From the NCBI GenBank assembly GCA_030248215.1, contig JASANG010000266.1, positions 372,001 through 436,000 on the forward strand: DNA of 64,000 bases. The letters are read 5' to 3'. Under the pieces are notes generated by a model. It did no database searches. It was given only the letters and a program-made list of their open reading frames with translations, and was not told where the DNA came from. The translations under genes and the position numbers were made by a program. How positions within the stretch are numbered: position 1 is the stretch's first letter; each line of letters opens with the position of its first letter. This DNA is from Enoplolaimus lenunculus. Taxonomy: Eukaryota. This document shows, piece by piece, positions 13,979-25,895 of this stretch.

Positions 13979-14176
13979 CATTGTTAATCAAAATAGACGT
14001 TACTTTAAAATGTTATTATCGGCTCATCGAAAAACTATGTAAAAAAACTTTTACGCTATTATCAAGTGCAAAGCGATATAGCTACACTTGATAATGGTGT
14101 AAAAGTTGATTTTCATAGTTTTTGATGCAATAACAGCAACTATATTCCTGGGTAACGTCTATTTTAATAAACAATG
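13979..14176. repeat. ~200-bp imperfect inverted repeat (foldback) in engrailed intron 1
   Basis: AAAATAGACGTTAC...AACTTTTACGCTATTATCAAGTG | 16-nt loop | CACTTGATAATGGTGTAAAAGTT...GTAACGTCTATTTT. Confidence 0.85.
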
Positions 14177-15501
14177 GTTTTAATGCCTATGCGGAACCAT
14201 ACATAGGTAGGTATATATAGTCAAAAACCAGCAAATTTGCAGCTGCAACAGATCATGTGAATAATTGAATTCATTACTGCTCCTCATATTCACACCGCAA
14301 CCCAAACACAACTTTCGGCCAATACTCGATTACACTTTAGGTCCAAAGATCACCCGCCCCGTTTTTGGTAATTATGTAAAAATTTGGTCTGTTCGGAAAA
14401 GCGATTCCTTGCAGTTTGCACATTTTAGCAGTCAGTAAAAGTTCAAATGTCATGCATTACATGTGTCGTATTCAGCAGGGCACATTAACAAATGTCGATT
14501 GGTTAAAAATCTAGCGCCTTTATTGGTGAAATTACCAAATTCGCCAATCGCAATCAAGCGGTGGACAACAAAAATCCATTTAAATAATAGGAAGGCTCTT
14601 TAATCTCAGTGTGTAACTTCATGAGGGACACAGCGAGTCCTTAATGATTTTGACCGTCTAACATTAAGGTTAAAGCCTTTGTTGGATTTGTTAGCAGGTT
14701 GATTGCTGGAAATGTGTAAATATCTTTTAATTTTATCGTTGCGTTATTAATTTCATTCCATTAACGTGCGAACAATATCGGTTGCAAAGGCATTTAATTG
14801 CAAAATTAACACAAAAACAGCTCAAATATTGAGCGCTCGTTTAAAAAATAGCAAAATAAAATACGTACATCGAGTTTTATATACCTAAACTCTTAGATAA
14901 CGTTATATTTGCCGTAAAAACAACAGCAATCACGTTAAAATTCACAGCAGTTAAATTAGGGTGTATACGTAAGGAGGGATATCTGTGAATATATCCTTTA
15001 CAGAAATTTCTGGTGTCGGAAAAAAACGGTTTTAACGGGTCTAAAAATTTTGGGATAAAATTATAACCTGCTGAGGAAAAATCCTCGCTACGTCCATGGT
15101 AGTAGAACACACGATGAAATCGAGTACATGATAATACAAGTACAAGATAATTATCTTGTAGTCAACTACACAACTTGGCTATAAAGAAGAATTTACCGTA
15201 ACGAGTTTGAAGTCGTATATAAGTAACAAATTACACAACGCAGGAAACTGCAGTAATCCAAATATAGACTGTTGCGTAGTCAATATTTATATTACGGTTC
15301 GGTGCCCAACGTTTGAAACTACGCCCTTTCATAAGACCTGAGGAGTTTGAAAATATCAGGAATAATGTACGTACTCTAAACCAGGTAAGCAGGTTATTTA
15401 AAAACTTGGTTTGAACTTATGTTTGCTGTATAGGTGGAATGTAAGCGAAACGTTGATTGAAAGCGTTACTTATTCCGGATCAGTTTAATTCCGCCTACAA
15501 C

Positions 15502-15701
15502 GGCCAATGTAAAGAACATGGGCGGAACAGTATTAGGTATAAGCATATTTTTAAACCTAAGTTTAAGCCTAAGCCTAAGCGTAAGAATGAGGACATTCCT
15601 AAGCCTAAGCCCAAGCCACGCAAACAAATTAGTCTAAAGCGTAAGATTACTCTTTGCTAGCCCGGCAGGAAACCGTTCCGCCCATGATCTTTATGTGGGC
15701 C
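15502..15701. mobile_element. (TTAGGC)n-MITE family copy
   Basis: GGCCAATGTAAAGAAC ... GATCTTTATGTGGGCC with (CCTAAG)n inside. Confidence 0.8.
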
Positions 15702-16095
15702 CAAGAACTAAGGAGAAAAAGTTATTAATGATTTAGGGAACAACCTTTACTTGATTATTTAGTATTTCTGTCTAACTACTGTACAGATTGTTTTGTTTCA
15801 TACGACTTTTATCTCATATTGTTCTATGCATATAGCATATATAAGCTGTTCAACCAATAAAAATTGAATTGAAAATAAATATCCGAAGTGTATAACAATT
15901 GAACAAAAAACAACTTATGGTTATGTGCTCAAAAACGCCGGCTTTCTGTCCGATGTTACATTTAGGCGCACTCTGTTTCTCGTTGAATTTCAATAAAATA
16001 CGCTTGCGATTTAGACTGTTTTTGTTACCCGTAGGATTTAGAACATGCTTAACATGTCACATTACGCCTCACTTTGGCCAACTGTCTTAACAGGG

Positions 16096-16470
16096 CAATG
16101 GCGGATCCACGGGGGGCCACCCCGGCCGTGCCCCCCCAACAGCATCTCGACAAAAATTATATAGTGTCTATTGCTGTTCTACGCTGTTTATTTCTCTGTT
16201 TTATACACAGTAGTATAAGCACGCTTTAATGTTTCTTGGCCCTGGAGTCATTTATGCACTACACTGAGGGATAATAGACATTTATGGGCTCTAAACAAGG
16301 GTTTAAGGACTCTACCCGTTTACGGATTCTTATTAGAAATACGGACTCCTATTAATTGGGACTCAAAATGGGGACCCCCTCTTATTTGGGTCACTACAGT
16401 ATGGCTCAAAAATAAGTTTATTACCTGTGAAATTTTGGCCCCCCATTTTGAGATCCTGGATCCGCCACTG
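16096..16470. mobile_element. hAT-like MITE (CA(G/A)TGGCGGATCC TIR) with a nested Tc1-like fragment
   Basis: TIR pair with AACAGGG on both flanks. Same family as 40721-40893 and the element end near position 30. Confidence 0.82.
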
Positions 16471-17606
16471 AACAGGGGCTAGCTTGGTTTTGCAAGCTGT
16501 CATATATATAGAATTTTTACATTCATGTCATTATTGCCTGCTTTGGTGTAGTAAAATTCAAATATTTTGGCGACCTTCTGCCAATTGTTTAAGGTACCAT
16601 TACGTCTCAGCGCAAACCAAAGCTGATTCAAACAGCGAATTTTTGCCGATTTTGAAACGTTAAAACAGGAAACAACTGTGTGTATTTAATCAATTAATCA
16701 ATGTGTGTAAATGAAGCGATTTTGCGTTCCGACAAATTGGCCCCGACTTTGTATATCGTGTTTCAATGCCGTTTGCTGTATATTTTGCTGCTTCCTACGT
16801 ACCACAGACTGCAGTCAGCCAAACATAATAAAGGGTAACAAGGAAGATTTCACACGGGCCATGAATTTACTTGTTTCGCTTAAAACCTCTCAGCCACTAT
16901 TTGGTTTCAAACGAGAAATCTGTTCAACTCAACAGTCATTTTTAAGGAAAACTGAACTTTTTCAGCAAGACTGAAATCTTGACCCATCTTCCCATGGATG
17001 TAGCCAGGAAATAATTTCAGGACGGCGTAGTCGTATAACTTTAATATAAAAAGGTGTTGCTAGTGAACGTTTAAAAGCACGAAATTAACTACTAAGAAGG
17101 TGATTCTAAAATAATTCAAATGTGTCTAGTTTTATCATCCCTTACCTTAGATTTCAGGAACGACAGCGTATACCCTCACTATTTTCCATTCTATTGGCCC
17201 CCTGCTCACCCAATTCATCGTATAACGTCAAAACTTTAAACCATCATAATAAAAGACGTTTGTGTCTGAGAAAACGAGTTAATTTAATTGCCTCCAATTT
17301 TCAATATACGCACACGTTTTATTGTAGTCAAATAGGAACCTAAAGAACTGCCGCTGCGGCCGAAAGGTTAGCAGAATTTCTGAACGAAACACATTTGATG
17401 GTCATTTTGAATAGTAGCAATTGTCATATACAGTGCTGAACATTAAGAAATACAAAAATTTACCACACGGAAACCTTGACATAAATTTATACTAGAAAAC
17501 TTAACGGGTAAAATCGGATATTGTACGAGATCTTGGTTCGTTAGCGTAAGGTATAATATTTTGCACCGCATTTACTTAATACCTTAAGCAGGCTCATTAT
17601 AAATCC

Positions 17607-17798
17607 GGCCAATTGTATAGAACAGGGCCGGAACCTTTTCTTGCGGGTCTGTAATAGAGTCAGCTTAAGCTTCAGCCGACCTTTTTTGCTAAGACTTAGG
17701 CTTAGGCTTAGGAATAGGCTGATCTTTACGTTCAGGCTTAGATTTAGGCTTAGGAATATGCTTATACTACTGTTCCGGCGCTGTTCTATACATGGGCC
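17607..17798. mobile_element. MITE with GGCC..TGTATAGAACAG TIRs carrying (TTAGGC)n; type copy
   Basis: Perfect 8-bp TSD ATAAATCC on both sides; internal CTTAGGCTTAGGCTTAGG runs. Confidence 0.9.
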
Positions 17799-19265
17799 AT
17801 AAATCCTAGTGGTATAGCTACTTTAGGTAATATCGAGTTACACTTTTATTCAAAGTATTTTGCAGCGTTTTGTTCTGGAACATTTTTAGCCAAAGTAAAA
17901 CTAGAAAACTTTTTACATTATAATTTTTCAACACAAATATACGTACCTGAATCCCAAAACTAATACAATAATAACTTAAATTTCTAAGTTCAACGGTTGA
18001 AATTCGTAATTTTATAAAGCCCAAGCCAGGAATGCTATCAATTCCGTTAAATTGTAAAGGCCAACTTTTATAACATAAACATATTATATACCTCGCTGAA
18101 AAATATTTAACAACGCTTGAAGATATTTTGCCCCGGTTGAAATTTTACCATTTTGGACTGTGATTACGGAGGAATTTAGGAAAAAATGATAACTTTGCCA
18201 ATGTTACTTGGCAGGAGAACCATTTTTTACAGAACTATAATAGTAAGCGTTAAAGTTGAGACTATTTTATTTAGACTAACGTTAGGGTTATCCTAACGCC
18301 GAGGCTTAGGCTTAGGAAGGCTTAGGAATACTCACATTAATATTGGCCGATACTGTTGTAGTTACAAATTGAGGCAAAAAACGTAATATTTAAAGCACGC
18401 TACGCCCGTTGAACAGCAAATATACATAAACTTAATATAATCAAGAAATATATGTTGCTAAAACCGTAAATCTAAGACTTGAAAAAATTGATTTTAAAAA
18501 AATATATAAACATACGTAGAAAAACCGATAACGTATTGATAATGTGTAAAATTGAGGGTCAGCAATCGGGAGTTAAAACACTATTAACTTTCGAACGAGT
18601 GACCATTTAACGTTTGATATTTGCCAGTTTTTCATAATTGGTTTACCCGGTGACCGTGCGGCTGAATGTATTCAGATCCGTAGCTAAAGGCATATCGATT
18701 GCAAATGCTTCACACAGTTAATATTATGCGGTGCAAAAGGTATTATACATAATAGTCAAATCGAATATATTATCAACCGAACCAGACGAGTTGGTTTCAA
18801 AAACAAAACCCACGTATTAAAATTTACTTTCTATGTTAATTTTGCGAATAGAAACAAATCGCTTTTGACGATTGGAGCAATAAATGTTTTGCCACTTGTT
18901 TCATGATTTCACTATCAGACTAATTTCAAACCATTTGATAATAGTGTTAAATAACAAACGAGATAATGCCGATATATAAAGAAACACAAAACAGGAGCCA
19001 TTGTCCCGGAGCCAGCTCTTTATATGCCGGAGAGCTAAAAAAATATGAGCCAGCTCATCATTCAGGTTGAGGGGATAAAAATTGATTAGGAGTAGCGGTG
19101 GTACTTTAAAAGATACAACGATGTTGGACTGTTATGTTGAAACAACTTTTTCAAGTTGAACCAAAATTTTTCTAAAGAGGCTGAACCCCTTTCGCCTGCC
19201 TTTAGCTACAGTCCAAATACGCAATTAGTTCAGTGTTTCAAAAATGTGTTCAGTGTGCAACTTAC

Positions 19266-19923
19266 CAGAAGATGGCCGATCCGAATACCGAGTACAGTAA
19301 ACCCACGCAGGCCAAAGGACTGGCATTTGTGGCGGTGCAGCTGCCGGATCTGTCTTCGTTTTGTTTACGGCTCCCAACGAGTTTAGTGTTTGCTTGTCGC
19401 AGCCGTCGTTGTTGCTTTTCGCGGTCAAATCCATACCAATTTCCTTACTGATCGGCTCCATAGAATCCTGAAAATTACTGGTGCTCGTCTGGAAGCTTCC
19501 GCTTGTTTCTCGACAATTGTTTGTGTTAAAATTGCCGGTACGAGGAGCCCTTTGAATTGGAGATGTTTTGTATCTGGAATGTTGTCTACAACTGTTCGTT
19601 GCAACGACGTCACTGTTGTTGCTATTGTTTGACATTGGAGATATGAGTGAATTAGTTGGCGATAGTGATGATGTTGTTGTGGCCATGTCTGACGCTCGTC
19701 CGCTGCTGCCAGACGGCGACCCGAAGTCTGGTTTCAAAATGTTGTCGATCGAAAATGATAATGAGCATGGCCGAGCAACACCGCTTGAGTCCCACGATAG
19801 AGCTGCCGCTGTTTTGTCGTCCAGGAGTTGAGGTATATTGATTTTGTTGCGTTGCTGTTGGGTGTATTCTCCTTGTTGTTGCTGTTGTTGTTCTTGCTGT
19901 TGTTGTTGTTGTTGTTGTTGTTT

Positions 19924-19970
<47 letters not shown>

Positions 19971-20156
19971 GCTGCTGCTGCTGCTGCTGTACAGTAATGA
20001 AATTACGCATCATAGTGGCGAACAGTTGCTGAATAGCACCGTTGGCCAGGCTTGGCTGATAGGCGATGCTTCCGGGTGAGTGGTTGTGGTTAAATTGATT
20101 TCTGTCTTCGTATTGTTGCAGTTGTTGTTCATCCTCGTGAAATCCGTCATCATCGA

Positions 20157-20202
<46 letters not shown>

Positions 20203-20658
20203 CTTGTTGTTGTTGTTGTTGTTATTGTTATTGTTATTATTATTGGGGTTGTGGCTGTTGTTGTCGTTGTTGGTGTTTCTCAAACAGCCGGTATCTGTAA
20301 TACTCCCCTGCGGGGATTTATTGCCGAATGCACCGCGTTCATCAACCGACATTGATTCAGTTGCATTCAACATTCCTTCGGACGTTTTGAACGAAATTAA
20401 CTGTTGCGCAAGTTGCAGTTGCGTGTGTCGAAGTGATTCTGTTGGCGAAACTTCGGTCGCGTCTGTTGTTGAGCATTGTTGCATGGAATCATGCGAAATA
20501 TCGGCATTTGTTGTTTCGAGCGATGGCAACTCTTCGGATAACGGTGAACGATTGCCGTAAGACGGTCGTTTTGCTTTAGGCTCAGCTTCGCAGTCGCTAA
20601 TCGTCTTGTTCGCGTTTGGCGAAATGTCGATTTCGTGTGGCGATACGCTTAGATCCAT
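19266..20658 (-). CDS. en: Engrailed homeobox transcription factor, coding exon 1 (poly-N, poly-Q, EH1, EH2)
   Basis: ORF contains EH1 LSFSIDNILKPDFG and EH2 WPAWVYCTRYSDRPSSG. First in-frame ATG is at 20658. Phase-1 donor G|GTAAG at 19266/19265 is the conserved SSG/PR intron position. Confidence 0.93.
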
Positions 20659-21037
20659 GAACGGTCTGTGAAAGTTGTATTGAAATTTAAGTACAATATT
20701 AATCTTCAAATAAAATTTTTCGCAGTCTTCCAACAACGTAAATATTCTTAGTTGATTCAGGTGTTAACGTTAGCTCCAATATTAACGATGACGTTTACGT
20801 GTTATTTGAACAATGTGGCTAATTTGCAAAGCTATACATTGGAGATCAAACTAACGGTTGAGATCAAAGTTGACTAATGTTATTTGTATTGATGTTCAAA
20901 ATAAAAATTTACATATACGCAGATTATTAACAATTCTACACTTAATGCCGCGTTACTTCAATTGAATATAGGTACACTAAAAACGATACAACATACGTTA
21001 AACCAAGAAAAAAGTGCATAAAGTATACAGTTAGCCC

Positions 21038-21187
21038 GGCCAATGTTACTTTAAGGAGCGTAATAGCAGACTAAGCGTATTTCTAAGCCTAAGCCTAAGC
21101 CTAAGCAAAACAATGTAATCTAGAATCTAAAAATACTCTTTTATTTACCCATCAAAAATCTGGACACCCCTTAAAGTAACATGGGCT
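21038..21187. mobile_element. (TTAGGC)n-MITE, subfamily with GGCCAATGTTACTTTAAG TIR
   Basis: TIR pair present, (GCCTAA)n core, degenerate 8-bp TSD. A sister copy lies at 35630-35800. Confidence 0.78.
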
Positions 21188-21880
21188 GTCAGCACAAAAT
21201 ATTTTGAATTTCAGCCCTTCACGAAAATTTTGCTGCGAATGGGAATATACATCAATGCACTTGTAACAGCTAACTGAACAGATTATATTTGTTCATAAAT
21301 ACTAAACCATAAATTAATACTTCGACCTGTTCCTACGCTAAATATGGTTAGAAGTACACCGATTATAACATTATATATAATATAACAATTTGGACACATT
21401 TTCTATCAAATTCTGCACCTATAAAACAATGCGCTAATTTCAATTAACGAAACGTTCAATATGATTGGAATTCAGGTTCAAATTCTCACGCAGTCAGAAA
21501 ATATTTTAATTAAAACAATCGGTATGTCAAAGTTAATAACGTTTTCAAGTTTTATTTAACATTTTTCATGGCTCACGACCGTATAACAGTAGGTACAGTT
21601 CAACTTGCTCAACTACATTTCGACAATATGAGATAAAAATCAATCCACGAGGGAATACATATACATATTTGTAGTTAATTGTACCACGAAAACACACGGC
21701 GATTTCATTGCATTAATTTCAACTTCATTAACTGGTTGAACATAAAAAAACTTAATTATACTCATATATATGAAACATTTATTGAGCATTTAAATACCAA
21801 ATTTCAAACGATGTTTCAAAGTTTATGGCTGCTTTAAACAATACAGCTACAGTAAAACGTGTAACCTTTATTAAAATTTC

Positions 21881-22507
21881 GGCCCATGTTAAGATCAGGG
21901 GCAGAACGTTTTTCTGTACAACTAGATAAGTGTGAGCCTTAAGCTTTAGACTAACATTTTTGCTTGGCTTAGGATTAGGCTTAGGCTTAGGAACAGGAAT
22001 AGGCGCATCCTTACGCTTAGGCTTAGGCTTAGGAATATGCTTATACTGTAGTGACCCGAATAAGAGGGGGGACTGATATTTATTTGGCCTCTCCAGAGGG
22101 TACCCCCCTTGTTATTCGGTTACAGACAGTTATTTATTTTTAACCCACATATCCGGTACTGCATTTATCCGTTGAATTAAACGTTTAATTGTCTTGTGTC
22201 AATAGCTTGAGCGATAATACAAGGTAATAATTATGAATGTGCTTTCAAAATTTAGGTATACGGTTTAAAGTTTCGAAGTCAAATTCTTTGGTCCTGGAGT
22301 CATTTATGCGCTAGAATTAGGGATAATTGACATTTATGTACTCTAACTAAGGTTTAGGGACTGTATTGGCTTACGGACTCTTATTAGCGGGATACGGACT
22401 CCAATTGATTCGGACTCAAAATGAGAACCCCCCTCTTATACCCTTCGCCCTCTTATTCGGGTCGATACAGTATACTCACTGTTCCGGCCGTGTTCTGTAC
22501 ATGGGCC
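21881..22507. mobile_element. (TTAGGC)n-MITE interrupted by a nested TA-TSD MITE
   Basis: GGCCCATGT ... ACATGGGCC ends; insertion at 22046-22470. Confidence 0.82.
22046..22470. mobile_element. Tc1/mariner-like MITE (TA TSD; TIR CTGTAGTGACCCGAATAAGAGGG)
   Basis: TA on both flanks and ~23-bp TIRs. Homologous copies at 9919-10362, about 2965-3337 (inverted), about 16230-16400 (partial) and a lone end near 28170. Confidence 0.85.
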
Positions 22508-25500
22508 AAAATAGACGCGATTAAATTATATATATGCAACTGAACACGAACAGAAAACTAAGTGAAAAAACAAATAAAAAGCATATTTAGCCAATTGTTT
22601 TCGAAAAGATAAAAAATGAAGTATAAAAAAGATTGAAGTTGTTTTACAAAATGGTCAAAATTCGTGGCTACACAGAGTAACAGTCAGCCGTATTAATCAT
22701 AGTTGTCCCATGTGGGTATAAAATAAAGCACCAGATCAGGTGTTGGCAGAATCATAATTGATTCGCTAAGAATTGCATAATATACCTATTGTGCAAGGTT
22801 ACATTTCCTTAAAATTGACACCGTATTTTGATGTCGATAAGCATATTTTAAGAATGCGTACACTTAAAAATACTCTTTTGATATTTATGATTGGCTTAGA
22901 TTCACGAAAAGGCTTATATACTCCTAAGCCTTTGCTTAAAACTTAAACTTTATCCTCATAATTGGAGAAATGCTATAGCCGATTATTTAATACAATTTCA
23001 ACGTATGTGGATTATGGTAGATAAGGCGTAGTAAATAATATGTGGTAGTTCAATAACAGCCGTTACAATACATTTTGTTGACTAAAGCAATGAAGATAAT
23101 TTCTGTTACTGAACGGTATAATATCAAATCGTTGAATCTGAAAATATTTCAAATTGTGTTCATTTCTTAATTGTCTTAATTGCCGTTGGTTTTTTGGGCG
23201 GAGATTCTGTAGCAGATAACTATCGACTTTACCTTGTCCGCCTATATGATCAATATATTTTTCAAATTGTGAACACTTAATTTCTTAAAAAGTAAACGAT
23301 TTAAAAGACGTTTTGTTTAATTTTAAAACATATGCATACCTACTTATCATGGGCAGAATTACTGTAAGTATGTATAAACTCAAAATATTTCACTGAAATA
23401 TGTATATATACCTATACATACATATATATATGTTATATATATCTATATATATAAATATATATGTATGTATATCATTGTGCAATCGGATACCAAAAAATGA
23501 TGGAGCCGGATCCAGTTAACCAATTCCCATCTAAAATAAGATTGTGTTTAAATATCAGAACTCAGGTAATATTTATTTTTTCCGTGGCTTAAGATGTTCA
23601 AAGTGTTTCGTAACAAAGCTTATCACTTCACACCGATGCATTTGTAACACTTTAACAACGACCCAATTCTACTATTCTATATTTTATAGTGTTCTGTACA
23701 GTTGCAATATTTGTTTGGCCCATGTTCCAGTTTTCTATTTAAGAGCATCCAGTATTCCTCAGGTACTATAAAATCGAATTCCTGCAATGTTAATATATGA
23801 AAATTTCGTAGTTAGAAGTTGACGGAATTCTTGTTATTTTAAACTTTGAAAATGCTAAGTGTGTTTATTCAGGTAAATCTTGAAAAAATTTTAAAATTTA
23901 ATAACTGGTAATCAAACTTTTCAATTGTTTACAAAATTCAATTGAACCACAAAAAAATTAGGGAACACTGGATACATCTGTGATTTGACGACCCAAAGCA
24001 TGCGGTAGAATCTGCTATTTTTGTCGCAAATTATGAATTTCAAAATAGTACCCAAGCGCATGCCGATGACAATTCATTAGAACAATTGAACCTCGATACA
24101 CAAACGATTAAAACCGTATATAATTAAACAATTAATTATTAACGGTAAAATTCCTAAGATATATAAGCTATATAACAGTTTTCCTTCAAGGTATATACTG
24201 ATTGAAATAAAGCTTTGTCTCTTTGCTATAAGGAAATAAAATATGGCAATTGATCTATTCAAAATAATGGATGAAAGCTGAGAGCAAGCATGATTGTAAA
24301 CATTGTTTCACTGCTTGGATTTCACACTCAGGTAGCAACACAAACACTACAGATAAAACAAAATGTTTCTAAATGAATGAGCTCTTACTGAAGAAAGTAA
24401 TACTGCACGGAACTCAAAATTTTGACTGCAATTTATACCTGGAAATTGTTCAAAACGCAACAATTAACACGAATAACACAACAGCAAGCGTATCAAACAT
24501 TTAATTCAAAACCAAACTCTTCAGCAATTAATTGAGCAAATAAAAGTTGCTCAAACCAATTGAAGCTAAGACTGATGCAGACCTACAGTAATCTTCACAC
24601 AATTTGTTCAAATACAGACGTTGCAAAGTTGACTGTTTGGGCAAAAATATAGTCCTGGAAAATGAGTTAATTTCTCGAAGAGGACGCGGAGTCAACAAAA
24701 TTATGGGCATAGAGACGAAGGTGTAGGGTGATATGCTTCCCCCAAGGTATAGGGGGATATATCCTTCCCCCAATTTCTTGAGAAACGATAAAAAGCCCTT
24801 CTTGTAGGGTTTCAATTACCTTCTGAATCGTATAAGTTAAAAAATTTTCGCCCGCTACGATCGCTCGAGCAAAACATTTTGTATTTGGCTGCTCCCTTAA
24901 AATGAAATCCTGGCTACACTCTGTAGAATAATTAGTTATGTTAAGGGTTGTACAAACAGGTCCGTAGCCAGCTCACCTTGCCAAGGAGGGCTAAAATTTT
25001 TCCTAGAGGGGCATTTAAGGCTTTTTAATGACTTACAAGTAAGGTTGAAAGTTTTCCAGAGGAGGCCAATATTTTTTCAGAAACAGCTTTGAAGTTCTTG
25101 CAGCTGCAAATTATTCAGTGGAACTCATGCTATTTTATTAAACTCGCACCAGCGAACGCAGTTGCAAGTCGCTTGTATTTCTGGCACCTGCAGTTTTATT
25201 GGTCAATCGGAATGCTCCTTTGAAAACTGTTGCAGCTGCATGCATTTCGTGCAAGTTGCAGCTGCGAGTTCTCGTTGCAAAAACTTGCACATGTGAATGA
25301 GGCTTTAGTTAGGTTATTGTAGTGCAAAAGTAGGCATACTTACATAGACTGCAAGCGCCAACTCAGATTTTAGACGCATGCGGCTAAATTGTTTCTAAAC
25401 GTTTAGAAATTGTTTATCCAAAATACTCTCGAAAAATTCCGTTAAGAACAAGTGACTCATATGATCATATTTCATTATCTTTAGCTGAAATTACCACTAT

Positions 25501-25683
25501 TAGATAAAGAAATATATATGCATGAACAAATGTGAGTGCCGAATCAGTTGTGTTTCCGCAAATGAATATATAATATATAGTATTAATTTCAGTATCTATT
25601 AAAGCTCCACCTAAAATATTAATTAAAGTTTCTCCTAAAGGTATCAATTGTATATATATATAATGTTGTCGTCTTACAATTTT

Positions 25684-25895
25684 TGCCCATGTAAAGATAA
25701 GGGGCGGAACGTTTTTCTGTGGGACTAGAATAGAGTAAGCTTAAGTTTTAGACTAATTTGTTTGCATGGCTTAAGTTTAGGCTTAGGCTTAGGCTTAGGA
25801 ACAAACTCATTCTTACGCTTAGGCTTAGGTTTAGGCTTAGGCTTAGGAATATGCTTTATATAAATACTGTTCCGTTCCTGTTCTTTACATTGGCC
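25684..25895. mobile_element. (TTAGGC)n-MITE family copy
   Basis: GCCCATGTAAAGAT ... GTTCTTTACATTGGCC, multiple TTAGGC runs, flanked by CAATTTT on both sides. Confidence 0.83.

Noticed and set aside
15457..15660. KPKPKP-rich ORF
   Set aside because: Translation of (CCTAAG)n inside a TTAGGC-MITE.
19828..20560. Plus-strand poly-Leu/Cys/Val ORFs
   Set aside because: Antisense shadows of the engrailed CAA/AAC repeats.
20659..20736. ORF-track start of the engrailed ORF at 20736
   Set aside because: It is a TTG start used by the ORF caller; the first ATG is at 20658, just after a splice acceptor.
21321..21326. Minus-strand AG|GTCGAA|GT, resembling the 6-nt 'RS' microexon of insect invected
   Set aside because: It lies upstream of exon 1 rather than between EH2 and EH3, and it has no pyrimidine tract. 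I found no convincing microexon in intron 1.
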